DNA of 64,000 nt from Planctomycetota bacterium (GCA_947501605.1 CANMWZ010000021.1:8603-72602), one strand, 5' to 3'. Positions 39,131-48,542 are shown, counted from the first letter of the stretch. Notes: generated by a model from the sequence alone, not told the origin. Program-made: numbers and translations.

Positions 39131-40195
39131 TCAGCGCCCCTCCCCCGGCGGCGTCGACGTCGCGGCTCCGTCGCTGCTCGGCTCGATCAAGTCCCCGCGC
39201 AACAGGACGACCGCATGCTTGCTGCGCAACTCGGCGAGCCACCGGGCACGTGCCAGCTTGAGGTGCTCCTCGTGCAGCCACTGCTCGATCGCGGCCCGCA
39301 TGTCGGCGAACGACTGCCGCGCGGGCGGCTTCTCCTCGGTGCACCGCAGGATGTGGAAGCCGTGCAACGAACGGATCACTTCGGTCGTCTCGCCGACACC
39401 GAGCGCCTTCGCGGCGTCGCCCAGCGCCTGCATGCGAAAGGAGCCGACCTGCTGCATGCCAAGGTCGCCGCCCTTCTCCGCGAACTCGTCCTCCGAGTAG
39501 ATCCTCGCCACGGTTCCGAACGGCTTCCCGGCGCGCAACTCGGCCATGGCGGCATCGATCTTCGCGCGCTTGCTCTCCTCCTCGTGCCGGATGCGCGACG
39601 GATCGACGCCGACGAAGATCTGGAAGTAGTGTGCTTCGCGCGGGGCCATGAACGCAGTCGGGTCCGCAGCGATGCGATCGTCATAGAGCGACTGCAGCAT
39701 CGCGTCGGCCGGCCGCGCGATGCCTTTCGCGAGACGCTCCTCGTTCTTGCGGATCAGCACGCGCCGCTCGAGGCTCGGTCGCACTTCGTCGAACAGCGCC
39801 TCGCGGGCCGCCGCTGCCAGGGCTGCGTACTCCGAGCCAGCTTCCCGGAGCGCGGCCTCGAACTCGACGCGGAGTTCCTCGTCCCCGGCCGTGAGCCCTC
39901 GAGCCAGCGCATCGAGATAGACCAAGTGCTTGACCACCAGCTTGTCGAAGGCTTCGCGGCGGAACGTGGCCATCTGGTCGGGCGGCACGCGGCGGTGGTA
40001 GAAGTTCAGCGGGATCTGGCGGCCCACCTCGGCAATCAAGTCGGACAGCAGCACCTGGCGATCGCCGACCGTAGCGATGCACGGATCCGCCGACGGGGTC
40101 GCCGGCCCGGGGGGAACCGAAACGGGCGGGTGCTGGGCGCGCACCACGGCGAGCAGGGCGAAGACGCAGGCGACGGCTCGGAATCGGTTCGGCAT
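39131..40195 (-). CDS. Periplasmic parvulin-type PPIase chaperone (SurA/PrsA-like)
   Basis: Signal peptide; FGTVARIYSED, GGDLG, SLHGFHIL. Confidence 0.9.
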   Translation of the reverse strand: MPNRFRAVACVFALLAVVRAQHPPVSVPPGPATPSADPCIATVGDRQVLLSDLIAEVGRQIPLNFYHRRVPPDQMATFRREAFDKLVVKHLVYLDALARGLTAGDEELRVEFEAALREAGSEYAALAAAAREALFDEVRPSLERRVLIRKNEERLAKGIARPADAMLQSLYDDRIAADPTAFMAPREAHYFQIFVGVDPSRIRHEEESKRAKIDAAMAELRAGKPFGTVARIYSEDEFAEKGGDLGMQQVGSFRMQALGDAAKALGVGETTEVIRSLHGFHILRCTEEKPPARQSFADMRAAIEQWLHEEHLKLARARWLAELRSKHAVVLLRGDLIEPSSDGAATSTPPGEGR

Positions 40196-40439
40196 GGGCG
40201 AGGACCTTGTGTGCGGATGCTCCGCGACCACAACTGAGCACCCGTGTGTGGGATTGCATGGTGGCCCGAATTCGGGGCCCCGCCGCGCATGAATGGGCAA
40301 GAGTCGGGGGCCGAAGAGCCCATGCGAAAGCCGGGCCAAACAGAAACTACCGCTCTCCTCCCCGCATTCCCGTGTTCGTGCGTCGGCCTCTCGTCCGCCG
40401 TCGCGCGCCTCTCTCGTTGCTTCTCCTCGCACCCTGGGC

Positions 40440-41165
40440 ATGTCGCGTCACCACCAACCGGCCGGATTGAACTCGCGCAGTGGGCTGTGGTGTGGCCGCG
40501 CTCGAGGCCCGCGTCGGGCAAGCTGGATCGTCGTCGCCGGCATCTGCCTGTTCGCTGCGTGCTCCGCAACGAACAACTACGCCGTCATGAGCTTCCTGTT
40601 CGATGGCGTCCCGCCGCCCGAAGGCCACGTCGTCACCCCGCTCGGCCCACCAGCCCCAGTCGAGTCGGCTGCGGTGGTCTCGAACGACGGCCCGCCGGCG
40701 CCACCTCGGAACTCGGTCCATCGTCCGTACGCCGAAGGTCGCTGCGACAAGTGCCACGCCAGCCGCGAGGGCAAGCCCGCGGGCATCAGTTCGATCTTCC
40801 AGGGCGTGCCAATGCTGCTGAAGCCGGTCGAGCAGCTCTGCCTGCAGTGCCACACCATCGAGAGCAAGCGCTTCCTGCACGCCCCCGCGATCTCGGGCCA
40901 GTGCATCTTCTGCCACGAGCCCCACCGCTCGCCGACCCATCACATGCTCCTGCTGCCGACGACGCGCGAACTGTGCGCGCGGTGTCACCGCGGGGCGACG
41001 TTCCTGACCGAGAAGGCGCACGAGAAGTACGGCGAGCGGGAGTGCATCGAGTGTCACGACCCGCACGCAGCCGACCACGAGTTCAACCTCCTGCCAGGCG
41101 CACGCGAAGGGGCACCGGAGCCGCGCCAGCCGACGGTGTCGCGCCCGAAGCCCGGAGAGTGGTGA
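40440..41165 (+). CDS. Pentaheme cytochrome c lipoprotein
   Basis: LFAAC lipobox, FLFDGVP; CDKCH, CLQCH, CIFCH, CARCH, CIECH; start uncertain. Confidence 0.88.
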   Translation: MSRHHQPAGLNSRSGLWCGRARGPRRASWIVVAGICLFAACSATNNYAVMSFLFDGVPPPEGHVVTPLGPPAPVESAAVVSNDGPPAPPRNSVHRPYAEGRCDKCHASREGKPAGISSIFQGVPMLLKPVEQLCLQCHTIESKRFLHAPAISGQCIFCHEPHRSPTHHMLLLPTTRELCARCHRGATFLTEKAHEKYGERECIECHDPHAADHEFNLLPGAREGAPEPRQPTVSRPKPGEW

Positions 41166-41186
41166 TCCGGACGGATCTGGCGAGCC

Positions 41187-43166
41187 ATGCCCGACCTGCC
41201 GAGAACCACTAGGCCAACGGAGACCCGGCGAGTCACCGCGATCGCGAGCAGCGCTCTGTGCACGCTGGTCCTCTGCGGCTGCAGCAGCTCGCGCGCGGAA
41301 GGCAGCGGCGGCGTCCACCTGCGGCGATTCGAGCCCGAGGCGCGGATCGAGTCCGAGGTGCGCAACGAGAAGTACACGGGTGGCGCGGGCGCCAGAACGG
41401 ACCAGAAGATCTTCCGCGAAAACGTCCAGTTCGATTTCGAAGGCGACGCCTACCACCCGAAGCTGGCAACCTTCCGCGGACTGCTCGACCTTGGGCTCGA
41501 GCAACGCGAAGTGGACCAGGCAGGCGCCCCGGAAACCGTGCGCGCCAACAACGACAACAACCGCTACGACCTGCACGTCGAACTCCTGAAGGACCACCCG
41601 TACTCGGTGCACGTGTTCGCGTTGCGCAACCAGGCGCGCGTTCGCCAGACCTTCTTTCCGACCAGCGACGCGGTCGTGACCAAAGAAGGAGCCACGTTGA
41701 TGGCCAAGGAATGGGTCATTCCGTCGCAGATCGAGGTGTCGCACTACGATTTCAAAGGACGCTACAACGACGTTCGCGAGGAACAGCGCGACATTGTCAA
41801 TGCGACCGGCGCAGCCAACAGCGATGCGTTCAGCACCTACTACCAGGTGTTCACGCAGAGCGTCGACAGCAACCTCGCCGGCGGTCGCTACGACGACTTC
41901 CAGGCGATCGGCGGCATGAACTGGCGGTTCGGCCCCGACTACGCCGACTCGTTCGGCATCGACGCGCAGCACCGCACGCAGACCGGTGACACGGAGAACG
42001 AGAACACGAGCCTCGCCGCTCGATCTCGCCTGCTGTTCAACGAGGACCTCGAGAACCGGAGCGGGCTGTCCGCCGGTCGCAGCTCCTTCGGCACCGACGC
42101 GGATCGCACCGATCGCACGGACGCCTACAGCGAGATGGAGCACCGGCTCTACGAGAGCCTCACGACGACCGTCCGCGGCGACTGGCTCGAGCAGCACATC
42201 GGCGAAGGCGACCTGAATCGCACCGGCGGCAGCGCCCGCACCCGCTACAAGAAGAACGTGGCCTTCGGCGAGGTGAACGCGAGCTACCTCTTGTCCCGGT
42301 CGCGGCAGGAGGAACAGGGCCGGTTCGGCGCCAACGTCACGGTGAGCGACGAGCCTCACGTGTACGTCCTCGGCAACCCCATCCTGCTCGCCAATCAGAA
42401 CATCGACGCGAGCCGGATCCTCGTCACCGACGCGACGGGGGCGATCATCTACTCAACGCCGACCGACTACCTCGTCGAGACCATCGGAACGGTCACTCGA
42501 CTCGTGATCCCCGGCACGAGCCTGATCATTCCGGGCCAGACGATCCTGGTGACCTACGCCTACGCCATCGCCAACGACCAGACGTTCGACTCCGACATGC
42601 AGTTCGCGTTGCTGCAGTTCGTGTTCGGGGAGACGTTGACCCTCGAGGGCCACTGGAGTGCACTCGACCAGGACCTAGTCGCCGGCGTTTCGAACGCCAC
42701 GCTGGACCACGCAGAAGAAGTCGGTGTCGCGGCGCGCATCCGCTACGGCATGCAGAACTTCGACGTCGAGTACGAGGACCACGACTCGCTCCTCGCGCCA
42801 TACACGCGCGCCCGGACGACGTGGTTCACGTGGACACCGCTGACCCACAACATCACGTTGAACACCAACGCGTCGGTCTACGACACTCTCTACAAGGACG
42901 AGGACCTTCACGAGCGAGGCCAGTCGGCGCTGGTCGGGCTCAGCTGGCAGCGCTTTGAGTCCTTTACCTGGGACCTTCGCGCCGAGGCTCGCCACAGCGA
43001 ACTGCGCACCGAGGAGGGCTTCGGCACGTTCCTGCAGAGCATCACCCAGTACCGCTGGCGAAAGTCCGCTCTCGACCTGACGGTTCTCGCGAGCCAAGAG
43101 AGCTGGGACGTTTCGAGCGATCGCGACATCCTTCGCGTCACGTTGACCTTCCGGAGAAAGTTCTGA
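41187..43166 (+). CDS. Outer-membrane beta-barrel (porin of a porin-cytochrome-like module)
   Basis: Alternating amphipathic strands rich in Y/F/W/D/T; C-terminal RVTLTFRRKF; located between cytochrome genes. Confidence 0.78.
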   Translation: MPDLPRTTRPTETRRVTAIASSALCTLVLCGCSSSRAEGSGGVHLRRFEPEARIESEVRNEKYTGGAGARTDQKIFRENVQFDFEGDAYHPKLATFRGLLDLGLEQREVDQAGAPETVRANNDNNRYDLHVELLKDHPYSVHVFALRNQARVRQTFFPTSDAVVTKEGATLMAKEWVIPSQIEVSHYDFKGRYNDVREEQRDIVNATGAANSDAFSTYYQVFTQSVDSNLAGGRYDDFQAIGGMNWRFGPDYADSFGIDAQHRTQTGDTENENTSLAARSRLLFNEDLENRSGLSAGRSSFGTDADRTDRTDAYSEMEHRLYESLTTTVRGDWLEQHIGEGDLNRTGGSARTRYKKNVAFGEVNASYLLSRSRQEEQGRFGANVTVSDEPHVYVLGNPILLANQNIDASRILVTDATGAIIYSTPTDYLVETIGTVTRLVIPGTSLIIPGQTILVTYAYAIANDQTFDSDMQFALLQFVFGETLTLEGHWSALDQDLVAGVSNATLDHAEEVGVAARIRYGMQNFDVEYEDHDSLLAPYTRARTTWFTWTPLTHNITLNTNASVYDTLYKDEDLHERGQSALVGLSWQRFESFTWDLRAEARHSELRTEEGFGTFLQSITQYRWRKSALDLTVLASQESWDVSSDRDILRVTLTFRRKF

Positions 43167-44182
43167 TGCCACGCCTCGTCCTGGCCCTGTCGTCACTGAT
43201 TGCCGCCGCATGTGCCGGGCCGGCGGAGTTCGTGCACCGGCCGAAGGAGCCCGTAGCCTGGCCGTACGCCGACGCGACGCCGCGGGTCGAACTCGAGTTG
43301 GTGTACGGTGGAAGCCAGGACGTCGTCCGGCACCCGGGCTTCTTCGCCTGGTTGGCCAACGCGTTCGGCGGCGAGAACGAAGTGCACCTCGTCAGTCCAG
43401 CCGGAATGTGCCACATCGGCGAGATGCTCTGGATCGCGGACCCAGGCGCCGCCTGCGTGCACCGGTTGTCGTTCGTGAGCGGCGAACACCTCCAGTTCGC
43501 GGGCTCGACCGAGCATCCCTTCGCGACGCCGATCGGCGTGGCCAATGCAGGCGACGGCGGCATCTACGTCACCGATTCGGGAACCGGCTACGTCACGCAA
43601 CTGACGGCGGAGGGCAATGCCACCCGCTGCTTTGGTGGCCCGGAACTAGCTGGGCGACCGACGGGCATCTGCTTCGATCGCGCGCGGCGACAGCTCGTCG
43701 TGGTCGACACCACCGGCTGCCGACTGCACGTGTTCGATGCCGAGGGGAAATGGATCCGCTCCGTGGGGACGCGCGGCACCGAACCCGGCCAGTTCAACTA
43801 CCCGACGCATGCGGACCTGATGCGCGACGGCGGCATCGTGGTGGTCGACAGCCTCAACTTCCGGGTGCAGCGCCTCTCTCCCGATCTGGAGCCGGTGGCT
43901 TCGTTCGGACGCGTGGGCCGCGGGCCCGGCGACTTCGCCAACCCGAAGGGTGTGGCCGTCGACGCCGCCGATAGGATCTGGGTCGTCGATTCGATGTTCG
44001 ACAACGTGCAAGTCTTCGACCCAGACGGTCGGCTCCTTCTGGCGGTTGGCTCGTCGGGCAATGCCGATGGCCAGCTTTACCTGCCGACGGGCATCCACAT
44101 CGATGCCGACGGCCGTATCCACGTGGCGGATGCCGGCAACTCGCGCATCCAGATCCTGCTCCTGAAGGAAGGTGTCCAGTGA
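43166..44182 (+). CDS. NHL-repeat beta-propeller lipoprotein
   Basis: IAAAC lipobox; repeated F.YP/PKGVAVD/PTGI units. Confidence 0.9.
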   Translation: MPRLVLALSSLIAAACAGPAEFVHRPKEPVAWPYADATPRVELELVYGGSQDVVRHPGFFAWLANAFGGENEVHLVSPAGMCHIGEMLWIADPGAACVHRLSFVSGEHLQFAGSTEHPFATPIGVANAGDGGIYVTDSGTGYVTQLTAEGNATRCFGGPELAGRPTGICFDRARRQLVVVDTTGCRLHVFDAEGKWIRSVGTRGTEPGQFNYPTHADLMRDGGIVVVDSLNFRVQRLSPDLEPVASFGRVGRGPGDFANPKGVAVDAADRIWVVDSMFDNVQVFDPDGRLLLAVGSSGNADGQLYLPTGIHIDADGRIHVADAGNSRIQILLLKEGVQ

Positions 44183-45885
44183 AGGCGGTGACTGTTCCCT
44201 TGCTCGCGTTCGTCGTGGTCGCAGCGAGCGCTTTTGCCCAGCACTCGATCGTCGGCACCAAACACAACCTGTCGGCGAGCGGGCCCGGCACGTTCAAGGC
44301 GGCGACCGAGAACCAGATCTGCGTGTTCTGCCACGCGCCGCACCACGGCCGTACGCAGACCCCACTGTGGAACCGCAACGACTCGACCGCGAGCTATCTC
44401 ACCTACACGAGCTCGACGTTCCAGGGCACGATCGCACAGCCGAACGGCTCGACCAAGCTGTGCCTGTCGTGCCACGATGGCACGATTGCGATCGGCAGCG
44501 TCGTGAGCACGAACCAGGAACTGGCGATGGCCGGCGGCAATCGGTTCATTCCTGCTGGCCGGTCGACGCACATCGGCACCAATCTCCGCGACGACCATCC
44601 GGTCTCCTTCAACTACGCGAACTCTCGCGGCGGCAGCGGGGCAGGCTTCGTCCCGGCGGGCGCGATCCCGCCCCCGGTCAACCTCGACCACAACGGCGAG
44701 ATGCAGTGCACTTCGTGCCACGAGCCGCACAACAACGAGAACGGCAACTTCCTGCGCGTGCCGTATCGCAATGGCCAACTGTGCCTCTCGTGCCACTCCC
44801 CGACGCACTGGGGCACCGCGTCGCACAAGCTGTCGACCGCGACCTGGAACGGCCAGGGCTCCGATCCGTGGCCGAAGGCGGACTACGAGTCCGTGGCCGA
44901 GAATGCCTGCCTCAACTGCCACACGCCGCACGGCGCCGGCAGCAGTTCGCGCATCCTCAACTTCATGCCCGACGAGGCCAACTGCGCCCGCTGCCACAAC
45001 GGCAACGTCGCGCAGAAGGACATCTTCCGCCAGATCCAGAAGCCCTACGCGCACCCGGTCATCCAGAGCAACGGCATCCACGACCCGGTCGAGAACCCAC
45101 TGACCATGGTGCGCCACGTGGAGTGCCAGGACTGCCACAACCCCCACGCGGCTCGCTCGGGTTCGGCGCCTGCGCCCAACGTTCCCGGTCCACTGACGGG
45201 CCAGAGCGGCGTCGACACGAATGGCAACCCCGTCGCCCAGATCTCGTTCGGCTACGAGGTCTGCTACAAGTGCCACGCCGACAACAACAGCGGCACGCCC
45301 TACATCTCGCGGCAGCACCCGCAGACGAATGTGCGGCTCGAGTTCGATCCGTCCAATCCCTCGTTCCATCCGATCGAATCCACCGGACGCAATCTCGACA
45401 TGCCGAGCCTGCGCCCAGGTTGGAGCCCGGCGAGCCGGGTGGCCTGTTGGGACTGCCACGTGAGTGACGAAGCGCCGAGCTATGGCGGCACGGGCCCCGC
45501 CGGGCCACATGGCTCGATCCACCAACCGCTCCTCGGTGCGAACTACAGCCGCATCGACAACGTCCGCGAGAACGCGGGCCTCTACGCGCTCTGCTACAAC
45601 TGCCACTCGCGGTCGAGCATCCTCAACGACGAGTCGTTCGGCGAACACGAACGGCATCTCGACCACGTCAACACCGGCTGCTCGACGTGCCACGACCCGC
45701 ACGGCGTCTCGGCAACCCAGGGCAACGCCACGAACAACACGCACCTGATCAACTTCAACGTCGCGATCGTGCAGCCGAACCCGAACAACGGCATCCTCGC
45801 CTACACGGACCTGGGCCGCTTCCGCGGCCAGTGCACGTTGATGTGCCACGGCGAGGTCCACAACAACCGGCAGTACCCCCGCTGA
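44179..45885 (+). CDS. Dodecaheme cytochrome c with OmcE-like N-terminal tetraheme module
   Basis: Signal peptide; TKHNLS...ICVFCHAPH...PLWNR...LCLSCHDG...DDHPVS; 11 CxxCH + CTLMCH. Confidence 0.9.
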   Translation: MKAVTVPLLAFVVVAASAFAQHSIVGTKHNLSASGPGTFKAATENQICVFCHAPHHGRTQTPLWNRNDSTASYLTYTSSTFQGTIAQPNGSTKLCLSCHDGTIAIGSVVSTNQELAMAGGNRFIPAGRSTHIGTNLRDDHPVSFNYANSRGGSGAGFVPAGAIPPPVNLDHNGEMQCTSCHEPHNNENGNFLRVPYRNGQLCLSCHSPTHWGTASHKLSTATWNGQGSDPWPKADYESVAENACLNCHTPHGAGSSSRILNFMPDEANCARCHNGNVAQKDIFRQIQKPYAHPVIQSNGIHDPVENPLTMVRHVECQDCHNPHAARSGSAPAPNVPGPLTGQSGVDTNGNPVAQISFGYEVCYKCHADNNSGTPYISRQHPQTNVRLEFDPSNPSFHPIESTGRNLDMPSLRPGWSPASRVACWDCHVSDEAPSYGGTGPAGPHGSIHQPLLGANYSRIDNVRENAGLYALCYNCHSRSSILNDESFGEHERHLDHVNTGCSTCHDPHGVSATQGNATNNTHLINFNVAIVQPNPNNGILAYTDLGRFRGQCTLMCHGEVHNNRQYPR

Positions 45886-45927
45886 GTCGTTCGCCGCCGA
45901 CGCGAGGTCGGCGGCGCCCTCGACTCA
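45883..45927. terminator. Hairpin between convergent genes (putative bidirectional terminator)
   Basis: Perfect 10-bp stem CGCCGCCGAC/GTCGGCGGCG (45892-45916), outer arms TGAGTCG/CGACTCA containing both stop codons; no U-tract. Confidence 0.55.
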
Positions 45928-47082
45928 CTTGTTCGTCGAAGCCGGCAGGGGCACGGACTCGGCCCCGGCGGGCGTCGTCTTCCCCGGCAGGTCATAGACC
46001 GCGTAGCGGTCCTTCGACGCGGGCGCCTCGGAGCGACCGAGCGCGTAGAAGCTCAGCTTGCGCGGACCGTAGAAGCTCGTGACCGCGATCAGGCGCTCCG
46101 CCACGAATCCGGGTTCGAGCTGATCGCGGAACCGCTCGAGACCTTCGGTGCCGATCCACAGGCCGCGCGGCAGATAGAGATCGCCGGGCTCGACGCCACC
46201 GTCGCCGAAGAACATCAGCGGATGCCCGTTCTTGCTGAGCATCTGGCAGTTCTCGTAGAGCGAGTCGAGCACGAACACGATGGGCCCGTCGACGGCAACG
46301 GCCTTGGGCCGGCCGAAGGAACCCGGCGCGTCGCCGGACTCGCCGATCTTGCGCACGAAGTCGAACTTCTCGTCGAACACGATCACGCGCTGGTAGATCG
46401 CATCGACCACGTAGACGTAGCCGTGCTCGTCGACGGCGAGCCCGGTCGGCGCGCGCAACGAACTCTCGGTGCTGTTGGGGTCGGTGTGCAGCGTGTCGAC
46501 CTGTTCGCCGGTCGTGGCATCGACGACGCGGACGTTGCGAATGGCACTGTCGGCGACCAGCACGCGGTTCTTCCACAGGGCCACGGCCAGCGGCACGCAG
46601 GCCTTCGGATCCCCCCAGGGTCCCAGTTCGCGCACAAGGTTCCATTCGCGATCGAAGACGATCACCTGGCGCCGGCCGCGATCGGCGATGTAGACGAGGC
46701 CGTCGACGCCGAGATGCATGTCGGTCGGCACCTGCATTGCGGCTCGTCCGCTGGGCACGATGGCGTCGAGCTGGCGCGTCGTCAGGTCGAGCCGATGGAT
46801 GACCATCAGTTGGGCGTCGAGCGCGTAGGCGACACCGTCGCGCACGAACACACCGATCGGTCGCTGGATCGGCCGGTCGGCCTCAGCCTCCTCGCCGAAC
46901 AGGAAGCGATCGAGTGCCGAGGGTCCGGACTCGATGTCCTTGCTGCCGGAATAGGAGGCCAGGAACTGCACGCGCGGCGGATCCGGCGGCGGTGGCCACA
47001 TCGGCGGCGGGGCGTCGACCTCGGCCTTGGATACGGCGCAGGCGGCCGCGAACAGAAGGAGTAGGAGGTACCTCGCAGCCAT
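45925..47082 (-). CDS. NHL-repeat beta-propeller lipoprotein
   Basis: FAAAC lipobox, WPPPPDPPRVQF, PTGLAVD, FGRPKAVAVD. Confidence 0.9.
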   Translation of the reverse strand: MAARYLLLLLFAAACAVSKAEVDAPPPMWPPPPDPPRVQFLASYSGSKDIESGPSALDRFLFGEEAEADRPIQRPIGVFVRDGVAYALDAQLMVIHRLDLTTRQLDAIVPSGRAAMQVPTDMHLGVDGLVYIADRGRRQVIVFDREWNLVRELGPWGDPKACVPLAVALWKNRVLVADSAIRNVRVVDATTGEQVDTLHTDPNSTESSLRAPTGLAVDEHGYVYVVDAIYQRVIVFDEKFDFVRKIGESGDAPGSFGRPKAVAVDGPIVFVLDSLYENCQMLSKNGHPLMFFGDGGVEPGDLYLPRGLWIGTEGLERFRDQLEPGFVAERLIAVTSFYGPRKLSFYALGRSEAPASKDRYAVYDLPGKTTPAGAESVPLPASTNK

Positions 47083-47216
47083 ATCGATTCAGGAAGTCGG
47101 GCGACGAGATGCGTCGGAGGGAACAGCTCGCGTCGGAATGGAGCCGTCGCGTCCATCGATCGGTCGGCAGGATCCGCGCGTGCAGCCGACCCGCGAACGC
47201 AATCGAGCCACGACCT

Positions 47217-47894
47217 CTACTTGTCGTGGCAGGTGAGGCAGAGCCCCGACGGCGCCGACGCCTTTCGGATCGCGACGCGCAACAGATAGGTCGGTCCGCT
47301 GTCGGGCGTCTGCACGTCCTTGTTGTGGACGTCGTGGCAGGTGCGGCACTGCACCTTGCCGCCCTCGAGCACGTCGTTGATCACGCGCCCCGGCACGGTG
47401 CCGAACTGACGGGTGGCAGGATTGTGCAGGCCACGATCAGCGATGTTGTCGTAGGTGATCGAGACCGGGTGCGTGTTGGCCATGTTGCCGTTCGGCAGGC
47501 CGGGAACGACTGCAGACGCACGAACCTGCGAGATGAACGTCGCGCCGCCGCTGGTCTGGCCGTTGAAGTGCTCGAGTGCAACCGTGCCGTCGTGGCAGCT
47601 CAGGCACAGCTTCGCGGAACCATCGGGCGAGCTGATCGTGCCGTTCAGCGTGGGGCTCGCGTAGACGGTGAACGTCTGCTGCGACAGCGAACGACCCCAG
47701 AGCAGCGGGTTGTTCAACTGCGTCTGCGGCCGCGCCTTCTCGTGCGGGATGTGGCACACGCCGCAGATCTCGCCAGCCTTGCTGACGTTGAACGACGCGG
47801 CGGAGAAGTCGTGGACGCTGCCGACGATGCCCGACTGGGCGGTCGCGGCGAGAGTGAGAGACGCGAGTGCGATGAAGAGGCGAAGAGGATTCAT
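47217..47894 (-). CDS. OmcE-like tetraheme cytochrome c (candidate filament subunit)
   Basis: Signal peptide; HDFS...ICGVCHIPH...LLW...YxSPT...LCLSCHDG...THPVSITY...VQCRTCHDVH...LLR...SGLCLTCHDK-stop. Confidence 0.88.
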   Translation of the reverse strand: MNPLRLFIALASLTLAATAQSGIVGSVHDFSAASFNVSKAGEICGVCHIPHEKARPQTQLNNPLLWGRSLSQQTFTVYASPTLNGTISSPDGSAKLCLSCHDGTVALEHFNGQTSGGATFISQVRASAVVPGLPNGNMANTHPVSITYDNIADRGLHNPATRQFGTVPGRVINDVLEGGKVQCRTCHDVHNKDVQTPDSGPTYLLRVAIRKASAPSGLCLTCHDK

Positions 47895-48347
47895 GATGAA
47901 CTGGATGATGGTGCGTTGCCCAGACTAGCGACTTCCTGCCATGTGTCAGGGGGCACTCGATCCTTCGGGACCTCGCGCTCCCTTACCGGACCAAGGGTCT
48001 AGCGTCGGTTGAATTTCGACACGGCCCTGTCGATCGCGCGGGCCGCTCAAGCTGCGCACGAAGAGCAGCGGGCTGCTTCGCACATCGATGCTGCCTCACT
48101 ACGCCACACGCCGTAGCACGTCACCGAAAGTGCTCGAATGCCTACTCGGGCGATGCCGTCCACAGAAGACGGGCTGGGTTGAGAGCGGGTGGTGCGGGTG
48201 CGTGGCAACTGGCTGCGAGCGAGACGGGGGCGGCGTCACGTGGTCGTGCGGAGTCCGCCATTGCGGCCGCCGCGATGGCGCGCAGGAGAGACAGCGATGT
48301 AGATGTTCGTCAGGTTCAACGTCGGGTTAACAGACTGCACTGCAGCC

Positions 48348-48542
48348 CCAGATACTCCTTCTGCGCGGCGAGGGGACGCGAGAACGCGTAGACGAGGATG
48401 CCCGACGTCGCGCGATCGAGGCGATGCACCGGGAACAGAAACCTGCCGAGCTGGTCGCGCACGATCTGCAGCACGGCCGGCGCGTCGGGATGCCGCTTGC
48501 CGCGAGCCGGCGCGAGCCGCTACACGAAGCCTCGTGAACCTG
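48348..48542 (+). repeat. Right copy of direct repeat: internally deleted fragment of pseudouridine synthase + intergenic region + ligase start
   Basis: 48362-48497 matches 25752-25887 with 4 mismatches in 136 nt; 48511-48538 is identical to 26140-26167. Confidence 0.9.

Larger units (their letters stand above)
26172..48347. other. Putative ~22 kb inserted block carrying the multiheme cytochrome locus
   Basis: Bracketed by the direct repeat; contains a TA-like pair and a lower-GC ORF; no integrase or transposase seen. Confidence 0.55.

Noticed and set aside
31550..47894. Calling the locus mtrCAB, omcS, nrf or hao
   Set aside because: Heme counts and motifs do not fit MtrA/MtrC decahemes or the hexaheme OmcS; no CxxCK or HAO features; gene symbols withheld.
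26172..48347. Prophage, ICE or transposon call for the block
   Set aside because: No integrase, transposase, phage or conjugation genes and no tRNA att site.
47895..48347. Sigma-54 promoter candidates (TGGCA...GC) near the tetraheme gene
   Set aside because: GG-GC spacing is one base short of the -24/-12 consensus.
48303..48533. N-terminal extension of the acyl-CoA ligase in the ORF track
   Set aside because: It is mostly the antisense of the duplicated pseudouridine-synthase fragment; the real start is GTG 48534.
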